A stretch of DNA of 64,000 nucleotides. Source: Tubulanus polymorphus (Eukaryota; Animalia; Nemertea). A program made the translations under genes and the position numbers. The notes beneath the pieces were generated by a model. It saw only the letters and a program-made list of their open reading frames with translations. It made no database searches and was not told the DNA's origin. Positions 1 through 12,359 of this stretch are shown piece by piece (positions within the stretch are counted from its first letter, which is position 1; every line of letters begins with the position of its first letter). Location of the stretch: positions 12,299,950-12,363,949 of the forward strand of contig NC_134026.1 of the NCBI RefSeq assembly GCF_964204645.1, in the 5' to 3' direction.

Positions 1-6
1 GACATC

Positions 7-2411
7 TTGCCACAATTGTCAAAAGCAAAAGTGTTCTCTACTATTGACCTACGATCTGGATTTTGGCATCTTGAGTTAGATGATCAGTCCAGCCTGTTGA
101 CTACGTTCGCTACTCCTTTCGGGAGATACCGTTTCAAGAGGCTACCTTTTGGCCTCTCTGTAAGTTCTGAGATATTTCTGAAACATCTGACTCAGGCAAT
201 AGAAGGCCTAGAGGGTGTTGCCTGTATAGTTGATAACATCACGATTTATGGTGTAGGCGACACCTACGAAGAAGCGTTGAAGGACCATGATCGTAAATTA
301 AAGGCAGTCCTCGACCGTTGTCGAGAGAAAGGGATAGCGATAAACATTCAAAGATTAAAGCTGCATCAAAAGGAAGTGATATTTACGGGACATGTGTTCA
401 CCGATAATGGACTTAAAATTGATCCTGGGAAGGTTAAAGCAATAACCAATATGCCAGCTCCTACGGACGTCGCAGGAGTACAGAGATTAAATGGCATGAT
501 TGGGTATTCATCGAGATTTATGCCGAACTTATCGGATATTATAGAACCCATACGTCGACTTACGAGGCGAGAGGTGACGTGGAACTGGGGCAGTGAACAG
601 GAGAATGCCTTCAAGAGAATCAAACAAATGTTAATTGAAGCACCTTTGTTAGCATACTTTGACCCTGATAAGGACATAGTATTGCAATGTGACAGTAGCA
701 AAAATGGACTGGGGGCATCAATTATGCAAGATGGCCGCCCATGTGCCTATGCAAGTCGTGCATTAACAGAGACGGAGCAGCGTTACGCTCAGATCGAGAA
801 AGAAGCATTGGCCATCGTTTATGGCCTTGAGAAATTTCATCAGTATGTCTATGCTCGTCCTGTAAAAGTTGAAACTGATCACAAGCCAATAGAGGCAATC
901 GTACAAAAACCTCTATCGAAAGCGCCGCGAAGATTGCAAAATTTATTTTTGCGGATGCAGAATTACGATACAACAATCGTATACAAAAAAGGCAAAGAAA
1001 TGTATATAGCGGACACTCTTTCGCGTGCATATGTATCTGAGAGTGCAGCTGAAAATATACACGTCATGAACATGGTAAAATATTTACCGATGAATAGACA
1101 ACGTATTAGTGAGATTCAATCTGAGACCGCGAAAGACGAAACTCTAATATTATTGTCGCAAACGATCATTAACGGATGGCCGAACGACAAGAAACAACTG
1201 CCGAGTGAACTACAGGCGTATTTTCATGTTAGAACGAACTTTCGGCTCAAGACGGTATGATTTTTCGGGGAGAAAGAATCGTTGTACCGAAATCACCACG
1301 ATCATTCATCATGGAACGAATTCATGCGTCTCATCTTGGCGTTGAAGCGTGCCTTAGGAGGGCCAGAGAGTGCGTATTTTGGCCTGGGATGAACGATCAG
1401 CTCAAAACGTACATGACAGCTTGTGAAATCTGTCGAGAACGTGACGTAAAACAACAAAAAGAAATGATGCAGGCCGACCTAGCATCCAGGCCGTGGGAGA
1501 AAATCGCATGTGATTTATTTGAACTGGATGGAATTGATTATTTAATAACTGTGGATTACTATAGCAATTTCTGGGAAGTCGACAAACTTCCATCAACGAA
1601 ATCTAGTACAGTTATTACTAAACTGAAAGCGCATTTGTCACGGTATGGCATTCCAGACGTTCTGGTATCGGACAATGGCCCACAATTTATCAGTGATTTA
1701 TTCGGAAACTTTACGAATGAGTGGGACATAGAACATCGTACTATATCACCGTATAATAGTCGCGCAAACGGGCAGGCTGAATCAGCGGTGAAAACCGCGA
1801 AACGAATTATGAAAAAAGCCAAAGCCGCGTGTAAAGACCAATATCTGGCTCTACTAGATTATAGAAACACTCCCACGCAAAATATCAACCTGAGTCCGGC
1901 TCAGAGATTCTTCAATAGACGGTGTAAAACGTTATTACCGACTACTGCGAATTTATCGAAGCCAACGGTAACGTATCCGGATCTTCAGAAAAACAAACAT
2001 CGACAGGAAAAATACTATAATCGGGGCGCGAGAAATCTCAAACCAATCAACGAGGGATAAAGCGTTTACATTCAGCCAATGACGCGAAACGAAACTTGGA
2101 AGCCCGCGAAAGTTATTTCAAGACTCGACGATCGATCTTACTTACTAGACACTGACAATGGAACTCTGCGACGTAACCGTCAGTTCATACGCGCAGCAGA
2201 ACCGCGAGTCGAATCATCATCAGAACCGCGAGAGGGCGAGTCAGTCGCACCAACATCAAACCAAACGACAACATCAACAGCGGAAAATACAGCTGTAACA
2301 ACACCGCCGATAGAAACGACTAATACGACGACGACAACACCGCGTCCAAGAAGACAAACTAGCGAACCAGCATACTTGAAAGATTATATTAGATCAGTCG
2401 TAACAGAATGA
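7..2411 (+). pseudogene. pol: Gypsy pol (RT, RNase H, integrase), frameshifted near 1250 with a stop at 2060
   Basis: RT motifs IDLRSGFW and LPFGL, with the catalytic xxDD degraded to IVDN. RNase H motifs CDSS and YAQIEKEALA. Integrase HHCC, CDLF, SDNGPQF and AESAVK. Confidence 0.93.
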
Positions 2412-2647
2412 ATTTGAATAGGATTTGTGTTGGAAATGTAGTACATTGTAGTTACTGGTTAGAATATTAGAATATCGTTAGAACAGTAGATCATAGTCAC
2501 AACTTTGCCTAATATTAAAGTGCGTCAGTAATTCAGAGGATTCGGACAAACTTCACGAATTTAATTTCTTTAAATAATTATAAAAAATTGAATTACTGTA
2601 TGTGTGGATTAATTTGAATTTAATACATAACTTTTAAAAACAAGGGA

Positions 2648-2809
2648 TGTTACAATATCTCAATATTGCTTATCATCATTAACTTGAGTACCAATATGTA
2701 TGTACAGATGTCGACACTTATCATCCAGCTTATCATGTGACTTTGTGACCTAGAGTAGTTTAGTTTGAATAAAGGCGTAGGCCAGGATGGCTACGGATTA
2801 CTAGAAACA
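2648..2809 (+). repeat. Putative 3' LTR (about 162 bp)
   Basis: Starts TGTT directly after the PPT, contains AATAAA at 2768 and ends AACA. The 5' LTR is outside the window, so the end is not verified. Confidence 0.6.
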
Positions 2810-3269
2810 AATATTATTCTTTGAGGATTTGAAACATTAACGTATTTCAATGACACCGAAAATAGAATCAAAATAATCATAAGTTCCATGCTAGCACTTA
2901 ATTTCGGTTATCAGGTTCAGCCTAACTGTACTTTCATTCAGCTACAACTTTTATGAGACTTGGCAATGATAAGTTGCAAGAAATCACCAAACATAAGAAA
3001 AAATATTGTGAATTAATATTACTGTAATTAAGAATTTATTCAAACGAAGTGATAACTTCATTGTTAGATCGTACCGGTATATGCATATAAAACTATGGCA
3101 AAAAACACATCTAACAATCCACGCAATCCGCAATCGATCAAGTCGAACATGACGACGACCTTAAGGCATGTCTCTGTAACCGAAGGTAGAGCATAAAACA
3201 CGGTTCAGGACTCGTCAGCGGACACCGGCCCGGAAAATATTTCAAAACGTGTATTGTCGGTACCTAGCA

Positions 3270-3372
3270 CGATTTCAGCGTTTTTCGGGAATTCCCTGAA
3301 ATTTCGGCGTTTTTCGGAAATTCCCTGAAATTTCAGCGTTTCAGCTTTTCAGTGTTTCAGCTTTTTCAGCGA
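3270..3372. repeat. Short tandem repeat (about 29-bp unit ATTTCRGCGTTTTTCGGRAATTCCCTGAA, decaying)
   Basis: Two near-identical units plus TTTCAG sub-repeats. Confidence 0.7.
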
Positions 3373-3385
3373 AGTTCAGGAACCG

Positions 3386-3457
3386 GATATGAGGCCACGT
3401 GTCATCTTTCATTGAAATCACATGATTTCAATTAAAGATGACACGTAGCCTCATATC
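3386..3457. repeat. 72-bp imperfect palindrome (MITE-like)
   Basis: GATATGAGGCCACGTGTCATCTTT...AAAGATGACACGTAGCCTCATATC. Confidence 0.8.
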
Positions 3458-5574
3458 AAATGATATGAACGTAACTGAGCCTATATATTCATTCTCTTAC
3501 GAGGATGGGCCTCTACATTCATAGGATAGGAGAATTGTGGGTTCGAATGATGAATAAAACTGATAAAGCGCCAATTTCACTGATTCTTGCATATAAATGT
3601 TCAAAGGCGCTTTAGTTTAATCGAGTAAACAGGTGTGTTTTTAGGAGTCTTTTGAATTTAAATTCAAATCGGGTGTTCATGACGACTATAATTGAGCATT
3701 CTAGGGCTGGAGTAAGAATGTTGTGGGATCCTCGCCAAGGTATCACCAAGGAGATAATAAGGAGCCGGTCCGTGCTGGCTGAGACGACGACCGCATATGA
3801 ATGCATTGATTGAATGACATCTCAAAAGTCGGATTATATAAAATTAAACATGATTTATGGATAGGTTATTCCATATATTCCATAAAAATGACCCAATATG
3901 TGATATAAATGTTCAATCAAAAAGTAGAAACTGAATCCATAATTCAGTATGGTATTGTTACAACATCAAACACTCAATTCAATCCTTTGTTAAATTGATA
4001 GCCGTGTAGATGAGCAAGTATCGTGGTCCCTAATTTTAGTTATCGTAATAATTCAAGCCACGCGATTTTGAACTGTTCAACAAGTTGGAGTTTGTGTAAA
4101 GATGAATGAGTTTGAAATGGAGTGGAATTCAGATATTACTGTTTGCATGTCTAAGTCTGTTACTCGATCTTTTTACTAATCATAGAAAATTGTGGTAAAA
4201 TAGTAGACTCTACGGTTGGCTTTAGATTGTATCTCTTAACGCCAGCGGTAATCATGGATATCGGACTACAAAAAATTCCGTGTGTAAAGCTCAACTTTGT
4301 AAAATCCTGGAAAAGCTCGCCTCGGGTATTTCAATAATGATTAAAGATTAATTTTTCCAACGAAAAACCTAAACAACCAATGTACGCTTGCTTTAAGCTT
4401 GTCAATGCACCCTCGTTGCTTTTTCTAGCTATTTGTACTGTTTGCCGCAAAAAGATTGCATCCTCTATGACAGGAATTAAGGATACAACTCTGGGACCAG
4501 TTAGTTTAAATTAACCATTATACAATATGATACATGACCAAATACACTGTTAATATGAAAAAGATCCATTATGCACACATTTGAAACATTTCAAACCAAG
4601 TTTTATCATTAGAAAATTACGACACAACATTCGATCTCTCACTAGAGATCATCTTTTTGAATTTGCACACAGTGAGTTTCGTATCGTATTATCGTATTAT
4701 CAATTCTCCGCACTTGAATGTGACTATTCTCCAAATACAAAGTTATTTTAGCAATGAAGTTTTAATTGTCATTATAAATGTTAACTATCCATATGGTAAA
4801 CTTACTAACTTTTGGTAACTGACCTTAGATCATGGAATGGTCTCAGGAGGCCTGCTGGCCCACTCCTTATCTATACTACTAAAGAAATATACATTATAAG
4901 AAGTAAAAAGTATATTAAAGTACTATTTATCTTTATATCGCGATAATTTGTGTACGTATGATTGAAAAACGATATTCTATGGAGTCCCATGGTACTTATG
5001 ATTATTGTGTATAAAATCAATAATTAGCAACCTTCCACTGATACGAAGCGGCCTAAGTTTACATCCTACCATAATTTTCCTCGAAACTCTCTTATTTAAA
5101 GGGTCGGTCTTATATGAAGAAAATATATGAAGGACATGTTCACAAGTTAACGAAGGCAAAATCTTCCCTAAAATTTCAAATTTTTACAAGCAAAGATAAT
5201 ATACTTCATCCTTTTGGTGCAGAAAAAATGCATGTCCACAAATTTCTGTTAAAATATCCGGTCTCCCATAATGGAATACTCTATCAGAATCAATTCGAAC
5301 TAATCAAAGCGAACCTGCCTTTAAGCGAACCTACATTGAATCATTATTCAACACTTTGTAAATTTTCATTCTATACAAACCAATTCACATGTCTAATATG
5401 TGAATCATTTTTTTTGTTTCTTTTCGCCTGTAAATTACTTGTGTGCATGATGTGTGAGTGTGATGAATGTGATGTGGATGCTTCTGGGTAATACGGCTTA
5501 GATAGACTGTTTCAGTCTCTCCGTGTAGCCCCATTATTCTGTTACATTTTTCTTCGTTTAATCATACTTATTAT

Positions 5575-6715
5575 ATCGTCCAATAATGTAACATCGTAAT
5601 GAAAATAGATTTCAATTTATCAATATAATCATATAATAATGAAAATCCTAGGTTATATTGAGTTTGAATTGTGCTCGCAATATTTTCATCAGTTACTGTG
5701 TCATATTCTAAACATATATTCGATAATTTATAACCCATATCTTTAACAACGCTAGATAGCACAATTTCATTAACAGGAGCAAATGTTATTTCGAATATAA
5801 TATCTTCTTGAATTGCATATTCCTATAAAGGTGCATTATTATTTATCAATTCAAAATCTAATGGGATTTTATATTTGCTTCCATAAATCTTCTTTATTGA
5901 ATTATCTGCAGCATTATCTACTTTATCATTAGCTTCTGATCTTAATTTATTTTGATTTAAGGATTGGATGCCTTGCAATATCATATTTTTTCTATTTTCT
6001 TTAGTTAACCATAAATCTTTATAATGCATAAATAAATTATAATCATCTAATGAAAAAACTGTTTCTGGACCAATCTTTATAATTAATCTTTTAATTAAAT
6101 ATCTTCCAACATTATCTACAACATAATTATTATCATGACCAGTTACTTTTATATCAGCTGATAAATACTATTTGGAACATAGAAAGTATTTTGATTTAAT
6201 CGAGGAATTCTTACATATAAAGTTTCATCAGGATTAATATTAGAAGGATTATGAGTAATTATATGACGAGATCTCTCTGCTTTAATTGCATTAGATATTC
6301 TAGAATTTTTAGAAGGATTTATATATCTACCACTCATTTATTAAGAAATAAAATTACTTATTTATTTTCTATCATATTCACTAATCCAAAAATAATTGCA
6401 CTTACAACTGTAATTAAAAATAAAATTATATGTTCAGCGGCAAAACTAATAATATTTCCAGCAGATTTTAAAACAAAACTAACAATTGATGCAATAATTC
6501 CGGGTAATGCTGCAGCAGATTTTTTAGATAGTTCCCATAAATATTTTGCTAATTTTTTTAAACCATCTTTCACTTTAACTTGTATAGAATTATGATTTGG
6601 TGGTTTATCTGGTTTATTGGTAGTAGGCGTAGATTTTAATGAATTTGAAATAGCTAAACCAATTGTTGTAAATACCATAGTTGCAGCTGTTAGAATTGAA
6701 AGAATTGAACAAATA
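5575..6715 (-). mobile_element. Polinton-like fragment: 3' end of the multi-TM gene plus disrupted 5' part of the major capsid gene
   Basis: Translations are near-identical to 46981-47340 and 46200-46940 (MSGRYINPSKN, ITHNPSNINPDETLYVRIP, KKSAAALPGIIAS). Confidence 0.9.
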
Positions 6716-7835
6716 ATGAACAATATTTTGATACTTTAATAAGCGGCTGAATAATTACAGCAACGCCCGATAATCTCTTTGTGAAATTGCCTGAATATCA
6801 AAACATCTGACACACGCGAACACGATAGAGTTGTTGTGAATTAATTAATTTGTAATGATCGATCTATTTTTTTTTATCAATCCATGTTTTTTTGAATTTT
6901 TCTCAATATTTTTTTATCTTTAAGTAGGGATTGACCCTGTTATTTATTTGGTTGGTAAATTTCGTTTGAATTTTTTGATTGAGTGTCCCTTACAAACCCA
7001 CCACACCTGCCGGGAACGAAACAGGGGGTTTGATTTTGAAATCGGAAATCGAAGTACAGCTATAGTTGTGTGATTGGCGGTCGAGTTTACATAATTTTTT
7101 GTTTTTATCGAAGTACATTATTGGGAAATTCGGTTCCGGTTCATTCAAACAATCTTACAACCAGTCTGAACGGGCAAGCGACTGATTGGGGTTATTTTTG
7201 GCTGCCTAATTTAATACATCGAAATTTTTTAAGTACCTATATTACAAGGTTGAAGATCCTTTTGTCCATTTTTATATTTTTTAAATCGTTTTCTACGTGT
7301 AAATAGTCCGATAGTTTAATGTTGTTTTTCCCGGGTAGATGTTGATGTAGAAGTCCTCTAAGTTGATTGTCCCGCGTCTTGACAAGATAGAAGCACATTT
7401 CGAAACGCAAATTATCCAGATGAATGTATGGTCCTGGGGTATCCGAAGTGTAGTTGTATGACAGCTCCGATGAGGATGGGTTTCTCCGTTAAGGGGTGCG
7501 CAGTTGGTACCTCATATCTGGTACTGGAGTTTGCTTAAAAGTAAAAGTTGCACACGGGGAACAGTTTTGTGTTCCTAATATACAGTGCATAGTTAGGTCC
7601 GTGGATGTGTCGCAATTAAACTGACAGAGCTATGCGCAAGACCGTCAGTAAGGCAGCGGCACAGACACGTGAATATTACATATGCGTTTGTACGTTTACG
7701 TATATAAGTCTTTCTCGGGTTTTATTTACAGTGTCACAATTGGGTTTTTGGTAGTTTTTAATGAGACTGTTGTCAAGGCAGTTCTATGCGTGTTGATAGA
7801 CCGTCATCCCTGTTCGATCTAAATCAGAACATGCC

Positions 7836-8398
7836 TCAAGTGTCAAAGTCAGGATATGCAGGTGTAACTGATAAAAATGACATAGGGTTTGATTCGTACA
7901 TTACGCTAATGGCGTCGATTGTCGTTCTGTTTACTGTATTCTGTCCGCTTGCGTCCAGATGTATAAGTATATCGTTAAGACTCCATATATGGAGATTTTG
8001 GTGAAGTATGATTTCTTGGTTTAGGCGATCTATTAGTGAGTTTTTGAAGTAAATTATACTGTTAATGCGGCCAGCAGCTGTCGCAAGATTATTATGTAGT
8101 AGTTTCCAATGAATATCACTAAATCGTCTATCAATATGTTTATTATATACTTCATTCCAAATTTCTGGCCAATTCAGATCGATATTTAACATTTCAGTAA
8201 TTTTCCTTTGCCCAATCGGTATGATTTGATGGAGATTTTTGAATAATAGAATTCTATAAATTTGGGATGATGCAATTTTCCCTATAGTACAATCTATATT
8301 ATCAAATTGGTCATAGATTTTTGGTAGATCACCAGGGTTCAAATTCTGGTCCGATAGAATTAGCTTCCAATGTTGCAGTATCGCGTTGTGTAAACGTG
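7836..8398 (-). pseudogene. L1/Tx1-like LINE ORF2 C-terminal remnant, cut at its 5' side by the Polinton terminus at 8399
   Basis: WPEIWNEVYNKHIDRRFSDIHWKLLHNNLAT resembles the W..IW...W..LH..L.T segment preceding zf-RVT. The first 9 residues of the called ORF derive from the Polinton hairpin. Confidence 0.5.
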
Positions 8399-8539
8399 AG
8401 TAATTGGGAATATGGGCTTTCATACCAAAGGTCGAGATCGTAAGAAATAAAAATAAATTCTCGCACGCTCGAATTTATTTTCATTTCTTACGAGCTCGAC
8501 CCTTCGACCTTTGGTATGAAAGCCATATTCCCAATTACT
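8399..8539. repeat. Terminal fold-back palindrome of P0 (141 bp)
   Basis: AGTAATTGGGAATATGGGCTTTCATACCAAAGGTCGA...TCGACCTTTGGTATGAAAGCCATATTCCCAATTACT. Confidence 0.92.
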
Positions 8540-8631
8540 CCTTATAATATTCATATATATATATATCTATGAATAACATATATAAATGAATAACTTCTAA
8601 AATCAATTTTGATAAAAAAATATGTTATTAA

Positions 8632-8985
8632 ATGGAGAGTAAACAAGTACACAGTGAGAACAACAAATCATTTCTAGATAGAATAAAAGATACTACAAAT
8701 GTCAAATCAGTAGATTATAAATTTAAGAAGTTAAATGAACTAACAATTCATAAGAAATATTTAATTACAAATATTGATACAGTTACTTATAAATATGGAG
8801 ATAAATTAGTTATCCACTCAGAATATGAATGATTGAAAGGAAATAAATATAAATTCAGAACATATTTACCAGATAGATTTCATAGATTATCAAGTGAAGA
8901 TTTAGAAGAGTTATGTTCAGGTGATTTCTATTTCATATATAAAGGTAAGAATGAAAAAGGGCACCATGATATAGATTTCGAATGA
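8632..8985 (+). pseudogene. Small conserved protein (homologue of 20227-20580) with an internal stop
   Basis: MESKQ...KKYLITNIDTV..YGDKLVIH with an in-frame TGA at 8830. Confidence 0.85.
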
Positions 8986-9002
8986 GAAAATATGTAAAAT
9001 AA

Positions 9003-9749
9003 ATGGTAGAATTAAAACAATATAGAATATTTGTTGATTCTAGAAAACTTACAAATTATAAATCTCATAATTTACTAGTACAATTAGATAGAGAATTTAA
9101 AAATTGTGTAGATTTAAAATTAGTAAATGTAAGTTTATGTAATTCTTTTTACAATATATCGAATAAAAGTCTTGATCATTTACCATTTTTAGTTCATGCT
9201 AGAAATTTGAATAAATGGTATCATCTATTTTTAAAACCTGGATTATATAATTTAGAAACATTAGCGCAAGAAATTAATAAAAGAGCTCGTTTAAAAGTGG
9301 GAGGGTCTGTTGGATTTGGAATTAAATTTTTAAAAAGTGATGTCAATAATAAAGTAAGAATAAAGTAAGCTAATGATGAACATCAATGTGTGGTTAAAAA
9401 ACCTATAGCTAAACTGTTAGGAATTAACCCAGATGTAAGGATACGTAATGCCGAAGCTACACCAAACTTAATGCCTTTTACACACTTTTATATTTATTGC
9501 AATTTAATTGACCATGTAAAAACTTTCGAAGCAACTAAAGATACAATTTGTAATTCTAGTATATTAAATATTTTACCACTAAAAAATGTTAAACAATTTG
9601 GAACACAAATAAATTATAATTTAGCTGAATGTGATTTCAAACCATGCATTCCACATTTTAATAACTTTAATTTAGAAATAAGAAATCATTATGGGTACTT
9701 AATTGATTTAAATAATTTTCCTGTAATTTATGAATTAGTTATAAGATGA
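9003..9749 (+). pseudogene. Minor capsid (penton-like) protein with an internal stop
   Basis: Homologue of 20598-21341. The central region is divergent. Confidence 0.7.
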
Positions 9750-9773
9750 AGAGAGTAATTTTTTGATATATAA

Positions 9774-11112
9774 ATGAATATTATAGTAGGACCGAGTATA
9801 TGTTTTGGATTTGATTTTAAACATGGTAAAGAAATGAGAGTTAAACTAAATGATGTAATTACTGATATTAAAAGTAAATCATTAATTAAAGCATCAATGA
9901 TTAATAAAGAAAATTATAATGTAGAAAAAGTAATTGATTTAATTAAAACATCTTTAGAATATTATGAATTAAATGAAGATGGAATTATTGATGATATTAA
10001 AAACATATTATCTAAAATATATGATAATCATAAAAGAAGTAATGAAATAAATGTTGAAATAATTATTAATAATTATTAATTAAGTTAACTAAATATTTTG
10101 AAGATCGTATTTTTTTGATTAATAAATGAGTGATAATAAGTGGATAATAAATGGATTATATAATGGAGCATTATTATCAGTTGGAACTGTTGGTTATACA
10201 ATGGTATTAAAAAAAGTATTTAGAATGGGAAGTATTAATGTTTATAGATTTGATATTAATGATATTTTAAAATTAACGTTAGCAGTTACTTTATCTAATT
10301 TAACAATTGATTATTTGAAAAAACAAAAAATATATTCCTCCTATATAAATGTATAATTTTTTTGCTAAATAAATGGCATCTATTATGGGATCGGCAATTG
10401 TTAACGCTTTAGCATTTACTGGTGGCGGATATTTGTTTAAGCGTATTGATAAAAAGAGTTCATTAGGAGAACAAAGAAGACATAACATAGCATTAGAGAA
10501 ATACAATAAAGCGGCAGAAGAATATAAAGAAAAAAGACAAAATTATATGGATTACATCAATAAAGAATTATATAATCAGAATATTTCACATAGTCGATGA
10601 TGCAATGAGTTTATATAAGGCAGTAAGTAACAAATAAAGAAAAATTACATCTATACAAACCTAAATTATCGGATTATTAAACCCCAAGTAGTGAACAACA
10701 GAAATATGAAATAATTTGGAGTTTAGGTAGAACTGTTATTGTTATATTTGTAGCATATAAATTTACAAATTAGTAATTTTCTTTTCTAAATAAATGGATG
10801 ATAAAGGTGATAATGTTGATATTATTCCTCATGATATAAATAAAACTAAATTAAAAATATATTTGGAAAAACAAATATTAGAATTTGAAAATGATTTAAA
10901 AGTTTAAAAGAAAAAATATTTGAAAAGCAAAATTATATATTATTTTATTATAAGCGGTTAGTTACAATTAGTTCGGTGATAACATTTTTAGCAATATTCT
11001 CACCATTAACTCCTTTAGCTATATCAATTAGTGTGTTAGGATTAAGTTCAAGTGTTTTAACCGGAATAAGTTCAAAATTGAATATAAAAAGTAATAAAGA
11101 AAAAATAAAATC
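9774..11112 (+). pseudogene. Four small Polinton genes (homologues of 21366, 21708, 21954 and 22397), partly disrupted
   Basis: MNIIVGPSICFG, MSDNKWII, MASIMGSAIVNALAFTGGG and MDDK...IIPHDINK in conserved order. Confidence 0.85.
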
Positions 11113-12359
11113 TAAGACAGCTGCGAAGCAGCGATAACGGGTTTTCTGAGCAGGCGTGCTATTCATAATTTGAAAAGTGGATAATAGAAATATATCAATG
11201 CGGGATACGCATTTGATGTGTCAAGTCACACCAATACGGTTTAAAATAACATAATTTATAGTTATAGTCAAATTGTGGGTTACTCGGCTCGTTTAGTTGT
11301 CTGTGGAGTCGAGTAGATTGGTTACCCGTCTGTAACATTGGTTACGGAAACGACTCGTCAGCTTGATGAGTTGTATGTATTATGATTGTGAGCCACCTGC
11401 ATTTTCCGAAATAATGTTCATAGAATTATTTGAAGGGACGATTGAAATCAATTATCAACGTGCATCTGAATATGTAATAGTCCTTGGTAACTTTCCGTTG
11501 GAGAGGGCATAGAAAAGATTTTGAAATTATTTAATTAAAATATAAATTTTATTTATGAAAAATAAACTGTTATGGTCAGTACAAATTGAAAATGCATAGT
11601 GTATTTTTAAGAACATGCTTACATATCTTACAGAATACATCACGTACATTTGAATTTTATAAGTGATGGGTAAAAATCGACGTGTGACAGAAAAATTGTA
11701 GTTAATTATTTAACAACATCGAAATATGTGCTCTCTTTTTAAACTAATGGAGAGATACGCAATTAATCACATGGCCTGTATTAAAAGATAGAACATACAA
11801 GTTGGATATTTATAAGTCGAAACATGTGAACAGAAACTAAAACTTTGATGTCAGTGACCAGTATGGAATTACACAACGAGAATTGGCTTTAAACTCAACA
11901 AACATTATTAAAGAATGTTTCAAACAAAATGCTTTATATAACAACATGAATAAACTTGTTTAACAAAACAAGAGAGTACATTTTGAACTTTTGAATGGTC
12001 GAACCCCATTTATTCACAGTAACCTGTGATTTGGCGATTCTCGGAGCCACCCTTCTTGATGACGTCACTAACAAGTGGTCACGGCACTAGCATTGAGTGT
12101 CGCTTATTCTCAGACCTTATAGAAATATCAGTCAGCAGAGTCATGTTCTTAAGATCATAGAGTGTATACAGTGTAATTGAATTTGAATTGGTGCGGTGGC
12201 GCTCTCATTGCGGAAGTTTTTGTCATTCCGAATTTTCAGTCGGCGACGGACGTTTATCGACAAACTCGTTCCCGTGCATTTTTATCTCTGTTTCAGCGCA
12301 CAGCCCCTCTACCATCAATGCCTAACCCCTGTTCGACCAACTTTGGGCGTTTTCCTTCG

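Larger units (their letters stand above)
1..2809 (+). mobile_element. Ty3/Gypsy LTR retrotransposon, 3' part (pol plus 3' LTR)
   Basis: Domain order RT-RNaseH-integrase. A purine-rich tract AAAAACAAGGGA (2636-2647) is followed by a TG...CA-bounded segment. Confidence 0.92.
8399..11112 (+). mobile_element. Truncated Polinton-like copy P0, lacking polB
   Basis: Terminal hairpin followed directly by homologues of the P1 genes at 20227-22700, in the same order and with stops or frameshifts. Confidence 0.9.

Noticed and set aside
366-1822. Several minus-strand ORFs over the Gypsy pol, and similar shadows over the LINE and Polinton genes
   Set aside because: They overlap well-supported opposite-strand genes and have no motifs.
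3600-5560. Possible decayed retroelement or Helitron pieces, including a stem-loop at about 5486-5531
   Set aside because: No diagnostic motifs could be recovered by eye.
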